In this document: in pieces, positions 56,888 to 64,000 of the stretch | Layout: the number at the start of each line of letters is the position of its first letter | Position numbering within the stretch: the stretch's first letter is position 1 | Source of the DNA: Candidatus Omnitrophota bacterium | GTDB lineage: Bacteria; Omnitrophota; Omnitrophia; Omnitrophales; Aquincolibacteriaceae | Reading direction: 5' to 3' | DNA: 64,000 nt | NCBI GenBank assembly: GCA_043803685.1 | Contig: JAZDJU010000037.1 | Coordinates: 96,001-160,000 of the forward strand | Translations under genes and position numbers: made by a program | Notes under the pieces: model-generated | What the model was told of the DNA's origin: nothing | Databases searched by the model: none | Seen by the model: only the letters and a program-made list of their open reading frames with translations

Positions 56888-58300
56888 TCATTGCTGCCCT
56901 TGAAAAGTTTTGTGCTTGGGCTTATCTCCTAAACGCTCGATCGTCGCAAGGAACTCATCGTAACGGCGTTTCCTCACCTCGACGGTATTAGCTCCATCCT
57001 GAGACACCCAATTCCACCCATCCCCGGCAACAACACCGAATTTCTCCTTATGCCGGGCAAGAAGGCTTGCGTCTTTCAAGATAAAAGAATTCACCATGAG
57101 ATTTTTTCTAAGGAGTTTGAAAAACCTGGTAATAAACTGCAGCGTCTGCTGAAAATCCTCTTCTCTTTCCGTCGGGAATCCCACGATCCAATTGGTGCAG
57201 ACATCCATCCCCGCCCTATGGGCTTCCGTGATGACCCGCTGAACCTCAGAGATCGTAAAAGATTTATTCATGTCTTTTAAAATTTTAGGCGAGGCGCTCT
57301 CAATGCCAAAGTTCAAATAACAACATCCTGCCTGTTTGAGTTTTTTTAACATTTCCCGGTCAAGATTCCTGCCGACGCAGGCGCTCCCCCCCCACGTCAA
57401 TCCGAGCTTCCCGCCGATCAGAAGATTGCAAAGCTTTAAAAGTTCCGATGAATTACCGTTGATCAACAGGTCATTGAATTCAAGAAATTCGGCCCCTTGT
57501 TCTTTGCGTAATTTCATCTCCTGAAAGATATTTGCGGCAGACCGGTAGCGGTAACGCCGCCACATCAGCGCATCATCACAGAAAACGCACCTGTTAACGC
57601 AGCCCCTGCTGCCCAAGATGGGCCATCGCCTATCATATTTATAGACGGACGGAAAATCATGAAAATCCGGAAACGGCAAAATGTCCAGATTTTCTATTAA
57701 AGACCTCGGGCCGTTGCGAAGGATCTTGCCGTCTTCTGCCCTGATCACGGTGCCGGGACAGCCCCTGAGGGACTCTTTGGCCTCCAGCCGTCTGGCAATG
57801 TCCAGTAATGTCTCCTCGCCTTCTCCCAACACGACGACATCGACCAACTGTCTCCCGACGTCATCTTTCATCTGTAATAAATGATCCGCATGCTCAATGC
57901 TATAACTCAAATGCAACGGCCCCCCGAAAACAATGGCCGGAGCAGTAGCTCTCTTTCTTATTTCACGGGCCAACTTAAGGCTGCATATCAAAGACGAACT
58001 CTGCACCGAAAATCCAAGAATATCCGGATCGTCTCGAAGAAGCATCTCAGCCCATTGGGCATAATGGCTTTCCGAAAGCACCTTCTGCTGGGAAAAATAA
58101 TCTTGATTCATCCATTGAAAAACATAGCTGAACTCCCAAAATCGCTTGTGGGCTTCTTCGGCATGGGCATAAAGATCGGCGTTAAAGTCAAAAACACGGA
58201 CAGCCTGACCCTGCTCCCTAAGAAATGCGGCCAAATATCCTAACGCCAAAGGAGGCCTATCAATCCCAAAAGCAGGGCACTGGACAAGAGTAATTTTCAT
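56888..58300 (-). CDS. B12-binding radical SAM protein
   Basis: MKITLVQCP, GEGEET, SRGCVNRCVFC, FGIES, GFPTE. Confidence 0.9.
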   Translation of the reverse strand: MKITLVQCPAFGIDRPPLALGYLAAFLREQGQAVRVFDFNADLYAHAEEAHKRFWEFSYVFQWMNQDYFSQQKVLSESHYAQWAEMLLRDDPDILGFSVQSSSLICSLKLAREIRKRATAPAIVFGGPLHLSYSIEHADHLLQMKDDVGRQLVDVVVLGEGEETLLDIARRLEAKESLRGCPGTVIRAEDGKILRNGPRSLIENLDILPFPDFHDFPSVYKYDRRWPILGSRGCVNRCVFCDDALMWRRYRYRSAANIFQEMKLRKEQGAEFLEFNDLLINGNSSELLKLCNLLIGGKLGLTWGGSACVGRNLDREMLKKLKQAGCCYLNFGIESASPKILKDMNKSFTISEVQRVITEAHRAGMDVCTNWIVGFPTEREEDFQQTLQFITRFFKLLRKNLMVNSFILKDASLLARHKEKFGVVAGDGWNWVSQDGANTVEVRKRRYDEFLATIERLGDKPKHKTFQGQQ

Positions 58301-58405
58301 AGGACCTTCCCCAGTTTAGTGGACGGTTTGTTCAGATAATATCGTCTGTCTTTCGTACTCAAAAGGACTCGGATTCCCGATTGTTGAATGAGCCCCTTCA
58401 GAAAA

Positions 58406-60979
58406 TCATTCGCCTATCTTACTCGCGTTGGGATCCGGAGAACATAGCTCCAGACCCGCAAGCGCGCCTTTAAGTGTTTCATAATCAGCATCCGAAAACG
58501 CAGTGATTGCCTTGGTGAAGTATTCCTTGGCCTTGGCCGGGTCCTTCATCCCCAGATAACAATAACCGATGTTCGTAAGAAGATCCCCGTACTCTTTCAA
58601 ACGATCTTCCTTCGAGTAATCCGCGAGCCCCTGATTTAAATATGAAAGGGCCCGGCCATAAGAACGTTTGCTCAGATAAAGATACCCCAACCCCGAATAG
58701 GCCGCAGACGCTAGTGGGTCTGAAGCATCCATCGCTTTCAATGCTTCATTAAAATAATGCTCCGCCTTAGAAAAACAATCTTTGGAAACTGTTGCGTCAC
58801 GAACCATAAGCTCAACATAACTACTGGCTAAACCAACGCATGCCGTAGCATAGGTATGGCCCCTGGCCTCTTTGCCCGCCAAGAACTCCTCCAATAATTT
58901 CGTTGAAACGCCATAGCGTCCCTCCCTAAAGGCAGCCTGAGCTCTCTGCATCCGCACATCACCAGACGCTTCTTTTATCCATTGGCTCTCAACGGCTGCC
59001 GCTGAACCGGGCTTTTTGTTCTTGGCGTAAATATAAATTTTGCTCCCATCCGACGGAACGACAAGAGTCGCCATCCGATCGTAAAAACGGCTTACTTGAG
59101 GATAAAACTCGCTCAGAGGAAGCGCCATCACAAGGAAGTCGCAATCCGAAATCCCTTCCGAGGCATAATAATCGGGCTTATTTCCCAATGTACGGACAGT
59201 CAATGGAAGTTGACGCCGCGAGATGAAGCTTTTCATCCCCGGCTCATTGACAATAACAAAATTATCCGCGCGCTCAAACTCGCTCGGATTCATCTGCTCC
59301 TTTGGAAATGCGAAAAACCCGGTATTGCCAATATGGTAGATCCTGTTCGGAATGATATGGGCTTGCAATGCTCTAAAGATTTCTTCATAGACCTTATCAA
59401 AACGCGGTCTCTTTTTCGAATAAACATATATTCTGCTTTTATCCGAGGGAACGACAAGAGTGGCCGCCAGATCATAGAAAAGACACGCTTCCGGATAAAA
59501 CTCTTCCAGAGGAAGCACCGTCACAAGAAGGTCGCACTGCAAAACTCCATCCGAAGCGTCGTAATCAGGGATTTTCTTCAATGTACGGACCATCAATGGA
59601 AGCTGATGTTGCAAAATGTAGCTTTTCATCCCCCACTCATTGACTACAATGAAATTATCCGTGAATCGAAACGTGGCCGGAGTGATCAATCCGTTCGGAT
59701 ACAAATCATGGCCGGTAATGCCCACATGATGAATACCCCCCGAAGGGCAAGCGGCTCGCAACACTTTGAAAAGCTCGCCCTGAACCTTGTCCAAATGATT
59801 GTTCTTGGGTTTATGCGCATATTCCAGGTAAGGCGCCAGATCCAGGCGCATCCCCTTCCCCGTCAACGGATTCACGGGAAGTCGAATATCCCACAGTAAC
59901 GCATAATGCACAAAGACACCAAAGCCCAGAATAACGCTTAAACACGCATATCGCACGACCGGCTTTTTGACGATCGCATACAACCCCCCGGAAGAAATGA
60001 GAGCGATCACAGCAAGGAGCGGCAGGCTGTACTTGCTACTCTTCAAAGGAGCGCACGTCAAAATGATCAGGGGCGTTAGCAGCCATACCAGAACGAACGC
60101 TCTGTCCTTGGTCTTTGTGAAAACATACCCAGCAAGGCCGGCAATAAATACAACGAGACTAAGCATGTTGATCTGATCAGGTAACAACAGAACGTAATAG
60201 AACGCTCGGGTCCAGGGGTTCCCGGGAGCATAAAGTTGGGCATCATTAAAATGATTTTTGAAGAGAGTGATCGTCCCCGGATTGAATGAAAGGATCGCCG
60301 GCAACACGACCCCAACGCAAACCAAAAGAATGACTTTCTTGAACGCGTCGCGTCGAAACGCGGCCTTCGCTATCGTGAACGCGAGCGGCCCCGCGACATA
60401 AATAAGGAACGATTGTTTTGTCAGCATTCCCAAAAGGCACACTAAGGCCGCGGCAACAGTAAAACGGGTCTTGCGAAGCTCTTCGGAATAAAGCAAGAAA
60501 CACACGCAAAGCGCCGCCAGCGAGCACAAAGCACCCTCAATCACAAAGATCCGGGTCGATCCATAAATGTAGGGATATATCGACAGGATCAGGCATGCGG
60601 TAATGCCCTCTCGCACGCCGAACAGTTTTTTACCGGACGCATAAACGGCAACCAGAAGGATCACGTAAAACAGGAGGTTAAAAGGTATATAGAGATAATC
60701 CGCATCTCCAAAGAACAGGGCGGCCAATACGGGCAAAAAATAATAAAGCGGTGCATAGAGGAATCTTTCTTTGTAGTCGCCCATCTGCTGCGCGCTCAGC
60801 GAACCATCCAGGCTATGAAGGATCACTCGATAATTCGTGAGATGATGCGCTGAGTCGTTATAAGGAGGGACAGAATTGAGGGCAAGCCAGGCGATGTTAT
60901 TCAGAAAGTAAAATCCCACCAGAAAAACCAGGATCCCCAGGGGCACGAAGGGTTTAATTTTGGCGGCAGAAAAACTCAT
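58406..60979 (-). CDS. GT-C fold (ArnT/GT39-like) membrane glycosyltransferase with duplicated soluble domain and C-terminal TPRs
   Basis: Many TM helices, D-x3-H first loop, YAPLYY, TKQ, KYSLP; internal duplication of about 130 aa; TPRs. Confidence 0.75.
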   Translation of the reverse strand: MSFSAAKIKPFVPLGILVFLVGFYFLNNIAWLALNSVPPYNDSAHHLTNYRVILHSLDGSLSAQQMGDYKERFLYAPLYYFLPVLAALFFGDADYLYIPFNLLFYVILLVAVYASGKKLFGVREGITACLILSIYPYIYGSTRIFVIEGALCSLAALCVCFLLYSEELRKTRFTVAAALVCLLGMLTKQSFLIYVAGPLAFTIAKAAFRRDAFKKVILLVCVGVVLPAILSFNPGTITLFKNHFNDAQLYAPGNPWTRAFYYVLLLPDQINMLSLVVFIAGLAGYVFTKTKDRAFVLVWLLTPLIILTCAPLKSSKYSLPLLAVIALISSGGLYAIVKKPVVRYACLSVILGFGVFVHYALLWDIRLPVNPLTGKGMRLDLAPYLEYAHKPKNNHLDKVQGELFKVLRAACPSGGIHHVGITGHDLYPNGLITPATFRFTDNFIVVNEWGMKSYILQHQLPLMVRTLKKIPDYDASDGVLQCDLLVTVLPLEEFYPEACLFYDLAATLVVPSDKSRIYVYSKKRPRFDKVYEEIFRALQAHIIPNRIYHIGNTGFFAFPKEQMNPSEFERADNFVIVNEPGMKSFISRRQLPLTVRTLGNKPDYYASEGISDCDFLVMALPLSEFYPQVSRFYDRMATLVVPSDGSKIYIYAKNKKPGSAAAVESQWIKEASGDVRMQRAQAAFREGRYGVSTKLLEEFLAGKEARGHTYATACVGLASSYVELMVRDATVSKDCFSKAEHYFNEALKAMDASDPLASAAYSGLGYLYLSKRSYGRALSYLNQGLADYSKEDRLKEYGDLLTNIGYCYLGMKDPAKAKEYFTKAITAFSDADYETLKGALAGLELCSPDPNASKIGE

Positions 60980-61003
60980 GGGCTTTTTTTTCCTATTCCT
61001 TCG

Positions 61004-62914
61004 TTAATCACAAAAACACGGCAACAGACAGGGCCTATGACATTTCTCAACCGCTTTTTGGGCCCGGACGATCTCAGGACCCGTAAGGATCTCTCTAAGT
61101 GTGTGTTTCCTGATATCTCCATAAACAGAGAAACATGTGGCACACGTCCCCTGGTTAGAAACCAGGACCGTCTTACCGGCAGAGCGGCAGGGGGCATCTC
61201 CGGAATTCAATGTGCCTCGATAGTATTTTTTCATCAGCGCAAGATTCCGGACCGAATTCTTGATGAACCCAGGATTTTCCTCCTTCAACCTGATGAGATG
61301 GTCCAAAACTTCATCCAACACGATGAGCCTGTCTTCCCTCACCCAGAAAGGTGAGGATTTTCTTTCCGCCATCATCAAATTATTAGGCAGCAATGCCTGG
61401 AACTGAAGCGAGTTAGCGCCGAGGGACCTGGCAAAATCGACCAAAGCGGGCAATTCCTCTAAATTATCATTATAGATGATCGCGATCAGATGAAAGCTGA
61501 CTTGAAAGTGTTCTTTTTTGAGCGCGCTAAGGGCCCGTAGCCCTTCGACCGTTTCTTGCCAGGCCGTATCGGAATTCCTCAGATGGTTATGCCTGTTTTC
61601 TTGCAACGAATCCAAAGAGACGACCGGGGAGATCGTTTTGTCCAATAAATACGGCTTCAACTTGCTCATATTTTTATGGATCAAGATGCCATTGGATAGG
61701 ATCCCGAGGTCCTTGATCTTGAGGGCTCTTGCATGATCGAGAATTTCAAAAATATCCGCCCTTGAGAGCACTTCGCCTCCGGATAAAGCAATATTGCCAA
61801 TGCCCAATTCTTTCGCCTGGGAAAGCATCTTCTTGACGCTATCAAGATCCATCTCCTTTTCGTCCCGGGATGTTTTCCAAATATCACAGATCCGGCAACT
61901 CAAATTACAGGCATGTGTAATGTCGAGGATTAGCAGTTCCGGGAGATCGCGTTTGCCCGGACGCGGGCTTTTTGCCAGGTCCGACCTGACTCTGAAAAAC
62001 TCCACAATATTTCCTGCGATATAACAAACCTTATGCAGCGAAAAGAGAGCGTACACAGCGGCTTTCTTGAGCGGGCTCGTGATCTTATGTTCCCGGATCA
62101 CCGCCGTCCCGAGGATGTAGCTGAACCGAGGGATCTTGAGCGTGTTGATCAATGTCGCCATCCAAAATCGGACATTTCCTGTTCTCAATTCCTTCAACAA
62201 AGGATGGTCCCCATGCAAGGACTGAACAAGAAAATTTCCCCTGCCGTATTTATACGCCTGGCCCATGCAACTTTGCAGCGTATCGTTGCGATAGTGGGTC
62301 ACTTGAATATCTTTTTTCCAAAGAAACCGGTGCCCTTTTTTATAAAGACGCCATGACAGTTCCAGGTCTTCGCCTCCGGGCAAGGGAAAAGCCTCGTTAA
62401 ACTTTTCCGCTTCCAGCACATGCCGCTTAAAGGAAACATTGCATGTGGGAAAGAAAATCGTCTCCCGATTCCCGTTGATCCCAGTCTCAATGCTGCCGTT
62501 CGCCAGAAACTGGCCCAACAAAACAGCCGTTTTATCGGTCGCCGTGAGCGTCAGGCCACCGATCGCCGCGATAAGAGGCTGATCACGGTGGGAAGATACC
62601 ATCCCCGTGACCCAGCTTTTCGCGGCAACGCAATCGTCATCGATAAAACAGATAATGTCTCCCCTCGAGGCCGTTACCCCAAGATTCCTGGCCGCAGCGG
62701 GGCCCTGATGGTCCTGGCTCAACATGCGCAGATGGGGATGATGGAGCCTGAGCTCATGGATCAGATGGGCTGTCGGAGCGCTGCCGCCATCATCGATTAC
62801 GATGATCTCGATAAGCTCCTGCGGATAGTCCTGGGCAAATACAGAATCCAAACATTGCGCCAGAAGAACCTCGCGCCGAAAAGTAGGAATGATCACTGAG
62901 ACCTGAACTTCCAT
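61004..62914 (-). CDS. GT2 - radical SAM/SPASM fusion
   Basis: SVIIPTF, DDG, GPAAARN, FIDDDC, GEDL; then CNLSCRIC, SGGE, CHRPCLLPC. Confidence 0.88.
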   Translation of the reverse strand: MEVQVSVIIPTFRREVLLAQCLDSVFAQDYPQELIEIIVIDDGGSAPTAHLIHELRLHHPHLRMLSQDHQGPAAARNLGVTASRGDIICFIDDDCVAAKSWVTGMVSSHRDQPLIAAIGGLTLTATDKTAVLLGQFLANGSIETGINGNRETIFFPTCNVSFKRHVLEAEKFNEAFPLPGGEDLELSWRLYKKGHRFLWKKDIQVTHYRNDTLQSCMGQAYKYGRGNFLVQSLHGDHPLLKELRTGNVRFWMATLINTLKIPRFSYILGTAVIREHKITSPLKKAAVYALFSLHKVCYIAGNIVEFFRVRSDLAKSPRPGKRDLPELLILDITHACNLSCRICDIWKTSRDEKEMDLDSVKKMLSQAKELGIGNIALSGGEVLSRADIFEILDHARALKIKDLGILSNGILIHKNMSKLKPYLLDKTISPVVSLDSLQENRHNHLRNSDTAWQETVEGLRALSALKKEHFQVSFHLIAIIYNDNLEELPALVDFARSLGANSLQFQALLPNNLMMAERKSSPFWVREDRLIVLDEVLDHLIRLKEENPGFIKNSVRNLALMKKYYRGTLNSGDAPCRSAGKTVLVSNQGTCATCFSVYGDIRKHTLREILTGPEIVRAQKAVEKCHRPCLLPCFCD

Positions 62915-62932
62915 CGCCTGGTGTCCTTAAAT

Positions 62933-63700
62933 TTAGAGCTTCTTCAAGATCCCGGGTTCAAATTTAATAAATACCGCCAGCCCTGCGCACACGCTGACCA
63001 GCGCATAGGTGAAGGTCTGTGCAAATAGCACCGGCCCCGGAAGCACCCCTTCAAAAATGATCTTTTGATAAAAAATGATGAATGGCGCCATGGGATTGAT
63101 GTCATACATCCAGAGAAACTGGGCCGGAACCATTTCGATCGTATAAAAAACAGGCGTGACCCAGAACCAGAACATGAGGACCATCCCTAAAAGCTGCCCG
63201 ACGTCCCGGAAAAAAACATTGAGAACGGACAGCGCAAGGCAGAAACCTGCCGCAAGACAAAGGTGCAGAAAAAAGATCAGGGGCAGAAGATGCGCTAAAA
63301 ATATTATTTTAGGATTCGCGATCAAGAAGAGGGGGTACATTGCAACCCAACCGATAAGAAAATTAAAAAAATGAGTCATCACCGACGCGAGGGGGAGAAC
63401 GGCGACGGGGAAACTGAACTGCCGCATCATATTCTGCTGATTGAGTATCGAATTCGTCGCCTCTGACAATGCGCTGGAAAAGAACATCCACGGGATAATT
63501 CCCGAAAGGATAAAGAACGAGAAATGCTCTTGGCCCGACTTAAAGACTTGCGTAAAAACAAAGCTGATCGCGAACATCATCAAAAGCGGGTTGATGATCG
63601 TCCAATAGATCCCAAGGACTGTGCCCGCATATCGGGATTTTAACTGCGCCATGGACAAGCTCCAGAGAGCATGCCGGTAATGAATAATGTTTTTTATCAT
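62933..63700 (-). CDS. wzm: Polysaccharide ABC transporter permease (Wzm/TagG-like)
   Basis: LKSRYAGTVLG-x2-W-x3-NPL, FRD, TPVFY, INPM; 6 TM. Confidence 0.92.
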   Translation of the reverse strand: MIKNIIHYRHALWSLSMAQLKSRYAGTVLGIYWTIINPLLMMFAISFVFTQVFKSGQEHFSFFILSGIIPWMFFSSALSEATNSILNQQNMMRQFSFPVAVLPLASVMTHFFNFLIGWVAMYPLFLIANPKIIFLAHLLPLIFFLHLCLAAGFCLALSVLNVFFRDVGQLLGMVLMFWFWVTPVFYTIEMVPAQFLWMYDINPMAPFIIFYQKIIFEGVLPGPVLFAQTFTYALVSVCAGLAVFIKFEPGILKKL

Positions 63701-64000
63701 ATTTTATCCCTCAGACCCTGCACCTTTTCAAACTTGCTTCTCTTGAAAGGGCATCGAAAAATCTCCCCCGTCAATAATCACGGGCTCGTTTTACGCGCGC
63801 AAAGAACGAAAAAATCTGCCAGATTCGAAAACCGCATCAACGCTCAAGCGTGGAGCAGAACGCCGTCTACTAGCACCCGCGGGAATACCGCCAGCGGTTT
63901 CCCTGCCCCCGCTCCAGACCGGTGAATTATATTCCTGAATGAGTCTATTGAACAGCCTTCCCAAAAGGCGCCACCGCTCTTCATATCTTCCTTAGAATAT

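Noticed and set aside
36595..62914. SPASM rSAM cluster as a RiPP pathway
   Set aside because: No PqqD/RRE domain, precursor peptide or peptidase-type transporter seen; the context and fusions are glycan-related
27317..63700. Integrative element or prophage at tRNA-Ser
   Set aside because: No integrase, transposase or phage gene, and no duplicated tRNA 3' end seen in the window
63790..64000. Possible 3' end of a minus-strand CDS entering from the right edge
   Set aside because: One frame is open but has no recognisable motif; cannot be supported without flanking sequence

Overview
Bacterial chromosomal window from a diderm organism; the gene style suggests a PVC-superphylum lineage such as Ca. 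Omnitrophota (inference only). Four parts. (1) 1-11 kb: a + strand run of metal/ion-homeostasis and membrane genes (two ArsP-type permeases, GDT1/TMEM165, RluA, a B12 radical SAM, TspO, DedA, DMT, an LmtA-like methyltransferase, flavoredoxin, crcB, DUF190), including two Cys-rich microproteins missing from the ORF track. (2) 10-27 kb: core minus-strand genes (queH, ftsK, dut, pnp, rpsO, ribF, truB, rbfA, infB, nusA, LpxL-like, tRNA-Gly, recR, dnaX). (3) 27-30.7 kb: a TPR / pilin-metallopeptidase fusion / PsbP-like trio downstream of tRNA-Ser. (4) 30.9-63.7 kb: a co-oriented Wzm/Wzt-type surface-glycan locus with 11 intact radical SAM domains (7 SPASM/Twitch-type paralogs, 4 B12-dependent), rSAM-glycosyltransferase fusions, a Wzt with a triplicated C-terminal domain, SGNH-TPR hybrids, an HpnK-like deacetylase and a coiled-coil VNTR membrane protein. 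This locus is the best candidate for an undescribed system. Other signals: a dispersed family of 7-nt-periodic inverted elements (one in-frame inside ribF), an A9 slippage candidate in dnaX, and a tRNA-like hairpin upstream of tRNA-Ser. No CRISPR array, rRNA, integrase or transposase was seen. All family calls come from motif recognition by eye, not from database searches.
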